Assembly: GCF_000737315.1 (NCBI RefSeq)
Contig: NZ_JMCB01000008.1
Coordinates: 206,001-268,000, forward strand
Direction: 5' to 3'
DNA length: 62,000 nt
Source of the DNA: Hyalangium minutum
GTDB lineage: Bacteria > Myxococcota > Myxococcia > Myxococcales > Myxococcaceae
Numbering within the stretch: position 1 is the stretch's first letter; the number at the start of each line of letters is the position of its first letter. A program made the translations under genes and the position numbers. The notes under the pieces are model-generated. The model did not search any database, had not been told where the DNA came from, and saw nothing but the letters and a program-made list of their open reading frames with translations. Positions 26,968 to 37,839 of the stretch are shown here, piece after piece.

Positions 26968-28563
26968 ATGAACGAGAATGCACTGAACGCGAACGTTGGC
27001 CTGAAGCTCAGAGGCCTGCGGCTCGCGCGCAATATCAAGCAGACGGACGCGGCGAAGGAGCTGGGGGTGTCCCCGGCGTACCTGAACCTCATCGAGAAGG
27101 GCAAGCGGGTGATGCCCTTCCCGCTGCTGTGGAAGGCGCTGCGCTACTTCGATCAGGATCCTGAGCAGTTCATGTCCTCGCTGGGCGAGGGCCGGGTGGA
27201 CGAGGCGCTGGCGAAGCTGCTGGACGAGCCGCTGCTGAAGAGCCTGGATATCGACTCGGAGTCGCTCCAGAGCCTGTCGGCGGAGCCGAAGCTGGCGGGC
27301 ACGGTGGCCGCCCTGTTCAACCTGTACAAGAACACGCGCACGCAGTTGGAGAACGTGCTGGCGCAGCTGTCCTCCGAGGAGCGGGCGCGCGCGCAGCGCA
27401 ACGACGGGCCGGGCCTGCGCTACGACTACTCGCCCTACGACGAGGTGAGCGACTTCCTGGAGCAGCACCGCAACTACTTCCCGGAGCTGGAAGAGCAGGC
27501 GGAGGCACTGCGGCGGGACTTCAAGCTGGAGCGGCTGTTGACCAGCTCCCAGCTCATCCGCCTGCTCGAGGAGCGGTTTGGCTTCCGGGTGAACTTCGAG
27601 CGCGCCCCCAGCGGCTCGTCCGTGGTGCGGCGGCTGGACTTGGAAGAGCAGACCCTGACGCTGTCTCCGGACCTGACGGAGCAGCCACTGAAGTTCCAGG
27701 TGGCCACCTCCATCGGGCTGCTGATGATGGACCGGGCGAAGCTGGTGGAGCGAATCGTGGGGGGCAACCGCACGCGGCACGCGGAGACGGTGCGCCTCAT
27801 CAAGGTGAACCTGTCCAACTACTTCGCCGGCGCGCTGATGCTGCCCTACGGGGACTTCTTCCGAGAAGTGGAGCGCTCGCGCTACGACGTGGAGCTGCTC
27901 TCGAGCATCTTCGGCACCACGTACGAGACGGTGGCCCACCGGCTGTGCAACCTGTCCGACCCCAAGCGGCCGGGGCTTCCCTTCCACTTCCTGCGGGCGG
28001 ACATCGCCGGCAACATCTCCAAGCGCTACAGCGGCACGGGGCTGAAGTTCGCCAGCGGCGGCGGCTCGTGCGGCAAGTGGGCGGTGCACCTGGCGTTCCT
28101 CAACCCGGGCCAGCTCACGCGGCAGTACTCGATGATGCCGGACGGGGCGGCGTACTTCTGCTTCGCCAAGGTGCAGCTGCAGCCCATCGAGGGCTCCATC
28201 GTGAAGGGCACGGCGTACTCCATCGGCCTGGGTACCCACGCGGAGAACGCGAAGTACCTGGCCTATGGGCTGCCCACCACGGATCTGCGCAAGGACGCGG
28301 TGGCCACGGGGATTACGTGCCGGTTCTGCGAGCGCACGGACTGCAACCAGCGCGCGGCGCCCAGCTACCGGTTCGCCTTCGCGTTCGACGAGTACACGAA
28401 GAAGGACTGCTTCTTCTCCCCGCTGCTGGTGCACGAGCAGGGCGACAACTGGACCTCCCAGGGCGAGCGCACGGAGAACGGGGAAAGGAATGGGGCCCAT
28501 AAGGACGGCCGTCAGGAACTGCTGGACAAGCAGGCGCGGCGCCGTAACAAAGGCGAGCCATGA
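26968..28563 (+). CDS. XRE-family short-chain fatty acyl-CoA regulator (RamB/PrpR/MccR-like)
   Basis: HTH LGVSPAYLNLIEKGKR, NYFAGALMLPY, ETVAHRL, DIAGNISKR, GITCRFCERTDCNQRAAP. Confidence 0.92.
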   Translation: MNENALNANVGLKLRGLRLARNIKQTDAAKELGVSPAYLNLIEKGKRVMPFPLLWKALRYFDQDPEQFMSSLGEGRVDEALAKLLDEPLLKSLDIDSESLQSLSAEPKLAGTVAALFNLYKNTRTQLENVLAQLSSEERARAQRNDGPGLRYDYSPYDEVSDFLEQHRNYFPELEEQAEALRRDFKLERLLTSSQLIRLLEERFGFRVNFERAPSGSSVVRRLDLEEQTLTLSPDLTEQPLKFQVATSIGLLMMDRAKLVERIVGGNRTRHAETVRLIKVNLSNYFAGALMLPYGDFFREVERSRYDVELLSSIFGTTYETVAHRLCNLSDPKRPGLPFHFLRADIAGNISKRYSGTGLKFASGGGSCGKWAVHLAFLNPGQLTRQYSMMPDGAAYFCFAKVQLQPIEGSIVKGTAYSIGLGTHAENAKYLAYGLPTTDLRKDAVATGITCRFCERTDCNQRAAPSYRFAFAFDEYTKKDCFFSPLLVHEQGDNWTSQGERTENGERNGAHKDGRQELLDKQARRRNKGEP

Positions 28564-29429
28564 GTCTGACGGACACCGAACGCGCCCACATCCAAGAGAC
28601 CCTCCAGAAGCAACGGGATGCGCTGGCGACGCTGCGCTTCACCGGCAGCCCTGAGCAGGTGGGCCAGGGGTTGCTTCAGCTCGCCGAGCTGCACGGCCTG
28701 CTGGAGGACCACGCCGCGAGCCGCAAGCACTATGAGGAGGCGCTGAGCCTCTTCAAGACGGCGCGGCACAAGACGGGGCAGGCCCAGGCGCTGTACGGGC
28801 TGGGCGTGGCGCGGGCTCAGTTCGAGGACCACAAGGGCTCCATCGAGTGGATCGCCCAGGCCGCGGCCCTCTACAACGAGGTGAAGGACAAGGAGGGCGA
28901 GGCCCTCTGCCGCGCGTGCATTGGTGAGTCCCTGCGCGCGCTGGGCCACACGGACGGCGCCGAGGAGAAGTACCAAGAGGCGCTGATCCTCTTCCGGCAG
29001 ACGCGCAACACGGACCGGGTGGCGGCGCTGCTGATGGACATCGGCGACATCCGCATGGAGGCCGGGGACTACAAGCGCGCCCGGGAGCGCTTCCTGGAGG
29101 CGCTGACGATTCTGGAGAAGGGCGAGGAGCCGGAGCCGCTCGCGCTGTGCCAGCTGCTGCTGGGCGAGGCGGAGGGGCTGATGGGTAACCACGAGGCGGC
29201 GCGGCCCCACCTGCTGGAGGCCGTGGAGCTGTACGCGCAGCTGCATGACCACGTCTTCGAGGCCCGGGCCCGGTGGGACCTGGGGCTGGCCTGCTACCAC
29301 TCCAAGGACTTTCCTGCGGCGCGAGTCCAGCTCGAGGCGGTGCTGCCCCTCTACGAGGAGCAGGGCCGCACGGAGGAGGCCGCCAAGGTGCGCAACGTGC
29401 TGGCGCACTTCACCGCGAGCGGCGTGTAG
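28560..29429 (+). CDS. Tetratricopeptide repeat protein
   Basis: Repeated helical TPR/GoLoco-type units (A..Y.EAL.LF, G.A.AL..LG). Confidence 0.85.
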   Translation: MSLTDTERAHIQETLQKQRDALATLRFTGSPEQVGQGLLQLAELHGLLEDHAASRKHYEEALSLFKTARHKTGQAQALYGLGVARAQFEDHKGSIEWIAQAAALYNEVKDKEGEALCRACIGESLRALGHTDGAEEKYQEALILFRQTRNTDRVAALLMDIGDIRMEAGDYKRARERFLEALTILEKGEEPEPLALCQLLLGEAEGLMGNHEAARPHLLEAVELYAQLHDHVFEARARWDLGLACYHSKDFPAARVQLEAVLPLYEEQGRTEEAAKVRNVLAHFTASGV

Positions 29430-29430
29430 C

Positions 29431-29853
29431 TCAGGCGCTGATGCCGGCGCCCACCGCGAGGGCGAGCAGTCCGAGCACGCCTGCGGCACAGAGCGTGTAA
29501 CGCCACTCGCCGCGCAACCCGAGCATGGTGCCGGCCATCACCAGCCGCGCCACCGGCGTCACCAGGAGCAGCGAGGCGGCGCCCTTGCGCAGGGTGTCGA
29601 TGGCCACTTGCACTGTCTCGGATTGGGGCAGCGCCTCCAGTGCCAGCGAGCCGAGGAACATCGTCCCGCTGATGATGGCCCCGCCTCGCAGGATGCGGGC
29701 AATCCAACGCTCCCCCGCCGCCGAACGCCCGATGCGCTCGCGGGCTCGTGCGGGCGCTGCTGCTGGAACTTCCGTCTCTGCCACCACCGCGTTCGCCTTG
29801 GCCACCGCCCCAACGGGCGGAGGCGTCGGTGCCGCGGCCTCGCTCACTTCCAT
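29431..29853 (-). CDS. DUF1634-like membrane protein
   Basis: ARILRGGAII, LLLVTPVARLV; typical partner of TauE/SafE. Confidence 0.75.
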   Translation of the reverse strand: MEVSEAAAPTPPPVGAVAKANAVVAETEVPAAAPARARERIGRSAAGERWIARILRGGAIISGTMFLGSLALEALPQSETVQVAIDTLRKGAASLLLVTPVARLVMAGTMLGLRGEWRYTLCAAGVLGLLALAVGAGISA

Positions 29854-30626
29854 ATGCTCGGCCACAGTCCCTCTCCTCCCTTCCAGAACATCTGCCCCGC
29901 CACCACCAGCAAGACGACTGCGAACAGCTTCTTGAGCACCGCCGTGGGCACGCGCGGCATGAGCCGGCTGCCCACGTACGCCCCGGCGAGCACGCCCACC
30001 ACCAGCGGAGCGACGAGCGGCAGCTTCATGTGCCCGCGCCAAGCGTAGGACGCCACGCTGGCGGCGCCCGTCACGCCGATCATCAGGTTACTGGTGGCAC
30101 TGGCCACCTTGAAGGGCACCCGCATCCCGTAGCTCATCAGTGGCACTTTGAGCGGGCCGCCGCCCACGCCCAGCAGCGCGGACAGCCCTCCGGCCACGAA
30201 CGAGCCGGAGATGCCCAGCGGGTAGTTGGTCGGCGTGTAGACGGTAGTGGCCGCGGGCTCTTCGTTCCGCGTGCGCACCAGGAGGATCTGCAGCGCGACA
30301 TAGAGGGTGAAGAGGCCGAACACCACCGCCACCATGGCCGGAGCGAGGTAGGCGGCGACCAACCCACCGGTGATGGCACCCACCACGGTGGCGAGCTCCA
30401 GCGTGAGCCCCAGTCGGATGTCACTCAGGCGATTGTCCACATAGCTGGCGGCGGCCGCACACGAGCTGGCCACCACACACATCAGGCTCGCGGGTACGGC
30501 TTCTTCGAGCGGGAGGTGGAAACCGAACACGAGCAGAGGCACGAGCACCACCCCACCGCCGATGCCAAGCATGGCGCCTGTCAGGCCGCCGAAAGCGCCC
30601 GCTGCGATGAGGAGGAAGAGTGTCAT
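29844..30626 (-). CDS. Sulfite exporter TauE/SafE family
   Basis: GAMLGIGGGVVLVP, ALLGVGGGPLKVP, ATSNLMIG. Confidence 0.93.
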   Translation of the reverse strand: MTLFLLIAAGAFGGLTGAMLGIGGGVVLVPLLVFGFHLPLEEAVPASLMCVVASSCAAAASYVDNRLSDIRLGLTLELATVVGAITGGLVAAYLAPAMVAVVFGLFTLYVALQILLVRTRNEEPAATTVYTPTNYPLGISGSFVAGGLSALLGVGGGPLKVPLMSYGMRVPFKVASATSNLMIGVTGAASVASYAWRGHMKLPLVAPLVVGVLAGAYVGSRLMPRVPTAVLKKLFAVVLLVVAGQMFWKGGEGLWPSIWK

Positions 30627-30776
30627 CGCGTGAGAGGATAGGAGTGGGCTCCCGGATCGGATAGACGCATTCCCGTGCAGCTCCGGAGCTCGCCTGGTCG
30701 GCTGCTGTGCTCGGACTCACGCTACGGCTTGAGGGCTGGGCGAACGTTAAGCACCGTGCCTCGCAAGCGCTGAGGC

Positions 30777-31697
30777 TCACTCCAGGAAGCGGCGCTCCCA
30801 CCGGTACAGCACTTCGTCCGGGAACTTCCACTCCGGAACGCGAGGCGACTGATAGAGCCAGGGTTCCAAGACCTGGGCCAGCTCGCGGTACGCAGGCAGG
30901 GTGTTCCCCTGCTCCAGATCTCCCGCTTCAGGCCACTCTCCGAGTGTCACGACGGCACGGCCTGCTCCCATGTTCTCCACGGTCGTCCCTCCGGAGTGCA
31001 GGCGTGCAGCCAAGCCCTCTGCCCCCCCCAGTTGTCCCAGGACGGGCTCTCCGAGAAACGTCAACCAGGACACGCCTTTGATGCGTGCACCGAGCCGGCC
31101 GGGCAGCCGCTCCATGGCCGGCATGTCCAAACCGGGGTGACGGAAGCACTGCGGCCAGAGCAACTTGCGGACCTCGTACAGGTCCTCGGAAAAATACACG
31201 GAGAGGCCTGCGTGACCGGAGTTGAAGGGCAGTTCCGCGCCCAACTCCAGAGCCAGTTTGCGGACCTGAGCCGGTCCATGCTTCTCCAGGTACTCAGTGG
31301 GCAGCCAGAACGCCACGGCGCAGGTGCGCTCCAGGTCCTGGAACTCGAAAGCTTCTTTCAAATCCCGCCCTGAGTAGCGAAACTCATAATCCGATGAGAG
31401 TCGATCCGTCTCGCGCAGCCGGATCTCGGCGCCCCGGGGATGCCCCATCTTCTGGCGTAGCATTTCCCACTGGGATTGATCGAGTTCCTGCCAATCGCCC
31501 TCTCCATCCGGCGTCCAAGCAAGTGTGCCGAGACCGATTGCCTCGCGATAACGTTCTAGGCCTCTCATCACCCCAGGAATGACTTCCTGGTGAGAGCGCT
31601 GCATATAAAAGCAGATGCTCAGGCTCGTCCGGGTGCACGGAAATCGCTCCTCCCCATCCTCCCCGTCATAGCGAATTTGTGGATAACGCTCGCTCAT
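30777..31697 (-). CDS. DUF3396 (TsiV-like) immunity protein
   Basis: LSICFYM, FWLPTEYL...G...V, LPFNSGHAGL, HPGLD, GVSWLTFLG, YRELA..LEPW, WERRF. Confidence 0.9.
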   Translation of the reverse strand: MSERYPQIRYDGEDGEERFPCTRTSLSICFYMQRSHQEVIPGVMRGLERYREAIGLGTLAWTPDGEGDWQELDQSQWEMLRQKMGHPRGAEIRLRETDRLSSDYEFRYSGRDLKEAFEFQDLERTCAVAFWLPTEYLEKHGPAQVRKLALELGAELPFNSGHAGLSVYFSEDLYEVRKLLWPQCFRHPGLDMPAMERLPGRLGARIKGVSWLTFLGEPVLGQLGGAEGLAARLHSGGTTVENMGAGRAVVTLGEWPEAGDLEQGNTLPAYRELAQVLEPWLYQSPRVPEWKFPDEVLYRWERRFLE

Positions 31698-32524
31698 CGG
31701 GTCACTCCGAATGCGGGACGTACAGACATGACCTCGGCTTTGAAGGCCTCTTCGTACACAGTCTGCTGGTTCAGCGGATGGAATGGATGATTCGGATGGT
31801 ATTCATGCCATGAGGCCTCTTTGTCCTTCGGGCAGGGAAATTTGAAGTCAAACACCGCCTGGATGTTGAGCAGGTCGCCTGCGGCATGGACCACGACATC
31901 CGGGATCAGGGTCCCCAACAATTTGTGGAACAATCCCTCACGGAGCCACGCATCCACCTGATTGGGATTGAGCGGCTCCACAGTCCGCGTCTTCCGATCG
32001 TACCGGTAAGGTTGCTGCATGGTGACGTATTCCCAAAGTTCCTCGGGTAACTCCCTCTGGACACACTCCATCGCGGCTCGGTGCTTCTCCTGTCCCAAGT
32101 GCATGGCCCAGGTCACCTTGCGCCCGCCGTTTTCTGTCTTGAAGGTCTCCCGACAAAGTTGGCGAGAGGGGCGTTGTCCCTGTCCGAGCAGACGATCGTC
32201 GACGTCTCGGCTGGCCTGATTGGCTCAGTCGCTCAGCACCTGCACCACCCTCGCGAGGTCCGCAGCCTCCAGTAGCTTCATCAGCGCCGATGCGGCGCGC
32301 GCGGCCTCTATCGAACGGGCCACCCATGGCAGTATGGGTGTTTCGCCGCTGGGAGGCGCATAGCAGGCCGGCGTACGCATGCAGGCGCTGCTCGCTGAAT
32401 CCATCGACTGCGCGTACTGCCTGGGCGTGAACGAACCACCGCCCCTCGGCGCGGCGCACGAGCCGAGGACCCCACTGGCTCCCACCAGCAGAAAGAATCG
32501 CAATACGTCTGACAGGAAGGACAT
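31694..32524 (-). pseudogene. Lipoprotein nuclease-like (VRR-NUC/PD-(D/E)xK-type) toxin with one in-frame TGA at 32225-32227
   Basis: The track ORFs 32225..32536 and 31694..32116 share a frame and are joined by 36 sense codons after the TGA. LGSC lipobox; IPDVVVH...FDFKFPCP. Confidence 0.85.
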
Positions 32525-32542
32525 GACCACCCTCAATGGGCG

Positions 32543-33436
32543 TCAGGCGGCGTAGGCGCCGATCGTGCCCTCGGGGAACTCTTCCAGAAAACGTGCGCGC
32601 GTACGCGGCGTGAAGGTCCCCCGGGCCATGTAGAGCAGCAGGTGCCGCAGCACCCCGCGTGTCTGCTCCAGTGCGGCTTCCACCTCGGCCGCGAAATCGA
32701 AGCTGTCGTGGCGGTACAGCTCGTGGAAGCTCAGCTGCGAGTACGCCGGCAACGAGCGCATCCGTCCCACCGGGCTCGAGAGCACCATCCCCATCATGTA
32801 GAGCCCCCTCACCCACCCGTCCACCTGCGCCTTCGTCGGCGCATGCCCCACCCGCTCCTGCGAGGCCAGCCGCACCAGCTCGTAGATGCCCCGGCCAATC
32901 CCCCTGTACGGAAAGCCCCGGCTCTTCGTCACCTGGAAGCGCGTCCGCAGCCCCGCGTTGCCCAGCATCTCCATGCCGTGCAGCTCGCGCAGGTAGAAGA
33001 GCGTCTGCGCCCATTCGATCTTCCGGTGCGCGTCCAGCTCCGTGTCCTCTTTGCGGCGGTGGCGCGCCACCAGCAGATCCACCCCCGGGTGCAGCCGCCG
33101 ATCCAAGCACAGGTGCGTGAAGTACCCCGCCAGCAACGCCAGCCCCGGCTCGGTGCCCACCAGCGCCCCGGTGGCCACCAGCTCCCCCATCTTCAGCCCC
33201 AGCCCCACTGGCGCCCGCTCGTGGTACAGGCGAGCAAACGCGGGCACCTCCCGCTCGGGCAGCAGGGCCGTCAGCCCTCCGCGCAGCCCCTCACACAGCG
33301 GGAGATCCGGCAGCGCGGCCCCAAAGCGCGCGTACGGCAAGTCCTCGGCCAGTGCGCGTGCAATGTCCTCGGGAAGGCTCCCTGGGTGGGCGGCGAGCTG
33401 CTCGATGGCGGTCAGGTGAAGGAGCAGCGAGGGCAT
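32543..33436 (-). CDS. Zinc-dependent phospholipase C-like family protein
   Basis: N-terminal LLLH, GAALPDL, GYFTHLCLD...HP. Confidence 0.75.
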   Translation of the reverse strand: MPSLLLHLTAIEQLAAHPGSLPEDIARALAEDLPYARFGAALPDLPLCEGLRGGLTALLPEREVPAFARLYHERAPVGLGLKMGELVATGALVGTEPGLALLAGYFTHLCLDRRLHPGVDLLVARHRRKEDTELDAHRKIEWAQTLFYLRELHGMEMLGNAGLRTRFQVTKSRGFPYRGIGRGIYELVRLASQERVGHAPTKAQVDGWVRGLYMMGMVLSSPVGRMRSLPAYSQLSFHELYRHDSFDFAAEVEAALEQTRGVLRHLLLYMARGTFTPRTRARFLEEFPEGTIGAYAA

Positions 33437-33560
33437 GCATCACCAGAGCTACCCAGCGCGCCGTGTCAATGCAACGCCCATGTGAAGCCGAAGCTTTGCG
33501 CGTAACAGGCACGGCGATACAGTCCGCGCCGCTTTCCACCCCCAGGAGTACATCCCCACC

Positions 33561-35159
33561 ATGAATTTCAGCTTCGTCCCGGGCGACGCCCTGCGGGCAG
33601 GCGGCGCCCTGCTCGTCATCCCCCTGCTTGATGGCGACCTCGGAGACACCGCTTCCACTGCCCTCACTGCCGCGGACAAGGCCCTGGAAGGCAAGCTGCG
33701 CGCAGCCGCCACCCAGGAGGGCTTCAAGGGCAAGGCGGAGCAGTCCCTGGTGCTGAACACCCTGGGCACGCTCGCCGCCGAGCGCGTCCTGCTGCTGGGC
33801 CTGGGCTCGCGAGGCAAGTTCACCCACGAGGTGCTCCGTCAGGCCGCCGGGCGCGCCGCCAAGACGGCCCAGAAGCTCAAGGTCCAGGAGCTGACCTTCG
33901 TTGTCCCAGAGGCCCTCGCCGCCCCCGAGGCCGTGCGCGCCATCGCCGAGGGCCTGCTGCTGGGCGTCTACAAGTTCGACCGCTACAAGACGGGCGGCCC
34001 CAAGGAGGAGAAGAAGGCTCCGGGGCTCGGCACGGTGAAGCTCGTGGTGTCCGGGGACGGCAAGAGCCCGGAGCTCCAGGCCGCCGTGGAGCTGGGCCGC
34101 CGCGTCGCCGAGGCCACCAACTGGGCGCGGGATCTCGTCAACGAGCCCCCCAACGTGGTGGACCCGGACCGGCTCGCCCAGGCCGCCCAGGAGGTCGCCA
34201 AGGCCACTGGGATCAAGGCCACCATCGGCGGGCGCAAGGAGATCGAGCGCCTCAAGATGGGCATGTTCCTCGGCGTCGCCCAGGGCAGCGCCCACGAGCC
34301 CCGGCTGATCCACCTGGCCTACATCCCGAAGAACCCCAAGGACGCCAAGCGCGCGCCGCTGGCGCTGGTGGGCAAGGCCATCACCTTCGACTCGGGCGGA
34401 CTGTCGCTCAAGCCTGCCGATTCGATGATCGACATGAAGACGGACATGGCGGGCTCGGCGGCGGTGCTGGGCGCCATGCGCGTCATTGGCGAGCTCGCGC
34501 CGCCCTTCCCCGTGCACGCCTTCGTGGGCGCATGCGAGAACATGCCCTCGGGCACCGCCTACCGGCCGGGTGACATCCTCACCTCGCGCCTGGGCAAGAC
34601 GGTGGAGATCACCAACACGGACGCCGAGGGCCGCCTGGTGCTGGGTGACATCCTCACCTGGGCCGTGGAGCACAAGCCCGCCGCCATCGTGGACCTGGCC
34701 ACGCTCACGGGCGCGTGCGTCATCGCCCTGGGCAACTACATCGTCGGCGCGTTCGGCGACAACGATGGTGCCATGGAGGAAGTGCTGAAGGCCGCCAAGG
34801 CCGCCGGCGAGGAGTTCTGGCGCATGCCCGTCACCGAGCTGCAGAAGGACGCGCTGCGCTCCGAAGTGGCCGACATGAAGAACGCGGGCGAGCGCTGGGG
34901 CGGAGCCATCAACGCGGCCCTGTTCCTCAAGGAGTTCGTGGGCGACACGCCCTGGGTCCACCTGGACATTGCCGGCCCGTCCACCAGCCCCAAGGAGCGC
35001 GGCTACTTCAACAAGGGCGCCACGGGCGTCGGCCTGCGCACGCTGGTCGAACTCGTGCGCCAGCGCGCCGCCTCCCCTGAGAGCACGGAGAGCCCCGCTG
35101 AGAGCGCGGCCCCTGCTCCGAAGAGCCGCGCCAAGAAGGGCCGCTCGGCCCGTGCCTGA
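33561..35159 (+). CDS. pepA: Leucyl aminopeptidase (M17)
   Basis: VGKAITFDSGGL, MKTDMAG, NTDAEGRL, DLATLTGA, HLDIAG. Confidence 0.95.
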   Translation: MNFSFVPGDALRAGGALLVIPLLDGDLGDTASTALTAADKALEGKLRAAATQEGFKGKAEQSLVLNTLGTLAAERVLLLGLGSRGKFTHEVLRQAAGRAAKTAQKLKVQELTFVVPEALAAPEAVRAIAEGLLLGVYKFDRYKTGGPKEEKKAPGLGTVKLVVSGDGKSPELQAAVELGRRVAEATNWARDLVNEPPNVVDPDRLAQAAQEVAKATGIKATIGGRKEIERLKMGMFLGVAQGSAHEPRLIHLAYIPKNPKDAKRAPLALVGKAITFDSGGLSLKPADSMIDMKTDMAGSAAVLGAMRVIGELAPPFPVHAFVGACENMPSGTAYRPGDILTSRLGKTVEITNTDAEGRLVLGDILTWAVEHKPAAIVDLATLTGACVIALGNYIVGAFGDNDGAMEEVLKAAKAAGEEFWRMPVTELQKDALRSEVADMKNAGERWGGAINAALFLKEFVGDTPWVHLDIAGPSTSPKERGYFNKGATGVGLRTLVELVRQRAASPESTESPAESAAPAPKSRAKKGRSARA

Positions 35160-35173
35160 GCCGTATGCCCGGG

Positions 35174-35770
35174 CTAGCCTGGCTCGGGCAGCGGGTGCAC
35201 CGCGCCGAAGAGGGCCTCCACGCTCCGGTTCACATCCTCCGGAGCCGTCTCCGGCCAGGTGGCCAGGAACATGAACACCCGGCCGGGGCTGCCCTCCGTC
35301 ACCGCCACCCGGCCGCGCACCCCACCCTCCACCGTGAAGTTGAAGCCCACCGCGCTGTCGGACAGCGGCAGCGGCTCCGGATCCGAGGCGACGAAGCCGG
35401 GCTGCTCCTTCAGTCCCTCGCTGAGCCGCTCGGCGAACTGCGTGGGCGTGGCCACGGCGGGCGCCACCTGCAGCACCACCTGCGCGCCCGTGGTCCGGTG
35501 CTTCAGGACAACGGGGATGGCCATGCCCTCGGGAGCGTTCTGCTCCTCCGTCTCGTCGAGCTGCCACTCCGCCGTGGGCCGGACAATCTCGAAGCCCAGA
35601 TCCTCATCCACGTAGCGTCGCGTCGAGGACGGATACTCCTCGGCCAGCACCGCCTGGGCGCCCGGTGGCGTCTCCTGGGCCGCCTGCGGCCTCACCGCCG
35701 AGGACCGCGACGCCCCACACGCCGTGCACAGCACCACCGACACCACCCCCAGCCACCCCATCCGCCGCAT
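35174..35770 (-). CDS. Hypothetical lipoprotein
   Basis: MRRMGWLGVVSVVLCTAC lipobox; typical high-GC3 codon use. Confidence 0.75.
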   Translation of the reverse strand: MRRMGWLGVVSVVLCTACGASRSSAVRPQAAQETPPGAQAVLAEEYPSSTRRYVDEDLGFEIVRPTAEWQLDETEEQNAPEGMAIPVVLKHRTTGAQVVLQVAPAVATPTQFAERLSEGLKEQPGFVASDPEPLPLSDSAVGFNFTVEGGVRGRVAVTEGSPGRVFMFLATWPETAPEDVNRSVEALFGAVHPLPEPG

Positions 35771-35863
35771 GTCACCACCCCCACCCACCCCAAGCCCTGA
35801 TCGCAAACGTGGGTACGGCTCCCACGCGTGACCAGGGGGGTAAGGGATGAGGAGGAGCAGCTG

Positions 35864-36589
35864 TCAGGCGGAGGAAACTTCCTCGGCGATCGCGCGCGCG
35901 GCGGCCACGGGATCTGCCGCGGTGTGGACAGGTCGTCCCACCACCAGCAGATCCGCGCCCGCACGAATCGCAAAGGCGGGCGTCTCCGCGCGGGCCTGAT
36001 CTCCCTTCTCCGCGCCCGCGGGACGAATGCCCGGCGTGCACAGGAAGGGCGAGGGCCCCAGCAAGCGCCTGAGACCCTCGGCTTCGCGCGGCGAGCACAC
36101 CAGGCCATCCACGCCCGCCTTCACGGCCAGCTGCGCCAGCCGCTGCGCCGCCGCCTCGGGCGTTCCGGTGAACCCGATGGACGTCACATCCTCGGCCGAC
36201 AGCGACGTCAGCACCGTCACCGCGAGCACCTTGGGTGCCGCGTGGCCCTGCGCCTTGGCACCCTCGCGAGCCCCCTTCACGGCGGCCTTCAGCATGGCCT
36301 CGCCCCCAGCGGCGTGGACGGTGAGCAGCGCGACTCCCAGCGCTCCGGCGCGAGCCGCCGCCAGCTCCACGGTGTTGGGGATGTCATGCAGCTTCAAGTC
36401 CAGGAACACCCGCGCACCGAGCTTCTGGAACGCGGCCACCGCCGCAGGCCCGTGCTCCACGAAGAGCGAGAGCCCCACCTTGGCGTAGCCCACGTGCGGA
36501 GCCACCGTCGAGTACAGCGCGAGCCCCTGCTCCAGCGGCAGGTCCGCGGCGAGGGCGAGCCGCTCGCGCGCGGCCACGGCCTGGCTCAC
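35864..36589 (-). CDS. pyrF: Orotidine-5'-phosphate decarboxylase
   Basis: [40 protein letters not shown]. Confidence 0.97.
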   Translation of the reverse strand: MSQAVAARERLALAADLPLEQGLALYSTVAPHVGYAKVGLSLFVEHGPAAVAAFQKLGARVFLDLKLHDIPNTVELAAARAGALGVALLTVHAAGGEAMLKAAVKGAREGAKAQGHAAPKVLAVTVLTSLSAEDVTSIGFTGTPEAAAQRLAQLAVKAGVDGLVCSPREAEGLRRLLGPSPFLCTPGIRPAGAEKGDQARAETPAFAIRAGADLLVVGRPVHTAADPVAAARAIAEEVSSA

Positions 36590-37830
36590 GTCAATCCCTC
36601 CTGGAGGGCGCGGTACGTCATCGACAGCTGCTCTGCCAGAGCCTGCGGCAGCACGTTCTGCGCGGAGAACAGCGCATAGGAGACGAACGCATCGAGCGCC
36701 TCCAGCGTGAGCGCGCGAGAGAGCGCCTCGCCGCCACCGGCCACGTTGCGGCGGATCTGATCCACGTCCACGCGTCCATCCGGGCCGAGCTTCACACCGG
36801 AGTACGCCTCCTCCAGCCCTGGAGGGGGCGACTGGAGGAAGCTCTGGAACATGCTCACGTCCCGCCCCATCTCCTCGATGGCGCGGTACACCAGCGCGAG
36901 CAGCAGGTTGTAGCGCTCCTCGGGGCCGAGCAGCTCCGAGCCCACCATCTCCAGGCTCGGCGTGGGGCGCACCGGCGCGGGGGGCACCACGGGCTCGATG
37001 ACGAGCGAGCCGCCGCGGATGCGCTCCTCCATCCAGGTGAGGAAGGCGTGGATGCTGCCTTCGTAAGCCGAGCGCAGATCCTTCAGCGAGATGCCCGGCT
37101 TGGCCTTGTTGGCCAGCGACTCCTCGCCGGTCGGGAATCCCTCGGGGCCCACGCGCACGCGCACGTCCTCGGGGAACTGGCGGCGCAGCCGCGTCGTCGC
37201 CTCGCCGCGCTTGATGCCCTGGATGACCAAGTCTCGCGTGCGCTCGGGCAGCTTGACGACGTCGCTCAGCGGCGCCTGCGCTTCGAGGAAGAGGAAGGAG
37301 CCCTCCATCATCTCGAAGAGGTTCAGCACCACCTCGCGCACCAGGTACGTCATGGCGTTGTAGAGGTTGGCCTCGGAGACGATGCCCTCGGTGGTGAGCA
37401 CCTGTCCGATGCGGCGCGTGGGCGTCACCTGGGCAACGGCCAGCGTGAGCTGGTCCGAGGTGATGAGCCCCAACTGCACCAGCACCGCGCCCAGCCGCTC
37501 ATAGCGCTCGGTGGAGGTGGCGAACACCACCTGCCCATCCCGGAACGTCACCGTGCGGCGCAGCTGGTTGTGCTGGACAATCAGCTGCCCGCTGCGGATG
37601 CCGGACAAGACGTAGGAGAAGACATCCTCCATGAAGAGAGAGCCGAGGTTGCCGGCGAAGAAGCCGATCAGATCCGGCGGCTCTCTCAGGAGGATCATCC
37701 CCTCGGGCGAATGGAAGTGCGCCGAGAAGGGACGGGTGGGCGATAGGCCCATGGTGAGCGGCCGCTCGAGTTCGAGAGCCGCCGTCTCACCGGTGATGCG
37801 GGGAGTGGCTTTGGGACGTGGAGGTGCCAC
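36586..37830 (-). CDS. DUF4388 (PatA-N-like) domain protein
   Basis: SGQLIV...[34 protein letters not shown]. Confidence 0.85.
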   Translation of the reverse strand: MAPPRPKATPRITGETAALELERPLTMGLSPTRPFSAHFHSPEGMILLREPPDLIGFFAGNLGSLFMEDVFSYVLSGIRSGQLIVQHNQLRRTVTFRDGQVVFATSTERYERLGAVLVQLGLITSDQLTLAVAQVTPTRRIGQVLTTEGIVSEANLYNAMTYLVREVVLNLFEMMEGSFLFLEAQAPLSDVVKLPERTRDLVIQGIKRGEATTRLRRQFPEDVRVRVGPEGFPTGEESLANKAKPGISLKDLRSAYEGSIHAFLTWMEERIRGGSLVIEPVVPPAPVRPTPSLEMVGSELLGPEERYNLLLALVYRAIEEMGRDVSMFQSFLQSPPPGLEEAYSGVKLGPDGRVDVDQIRRNVAGGGEALSRALTLEALDAFVSYALFSAQNVLPQALAEQLSMTYRALQEGLT

Positions 37831-37839
37831 GTGCCCAGT

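Noticed and set aside
32180-32227. Selenocysteine recoding of the toxin TGA (a hairpin can be drawn 15 nt downstream)
   Set aside because: Such hairpins are common at this GC content, the loop fits the bacterial SECIS pattern poorly, the position is not a known redox site, and no sel genes are in view. A nonsense mutation is simpler.
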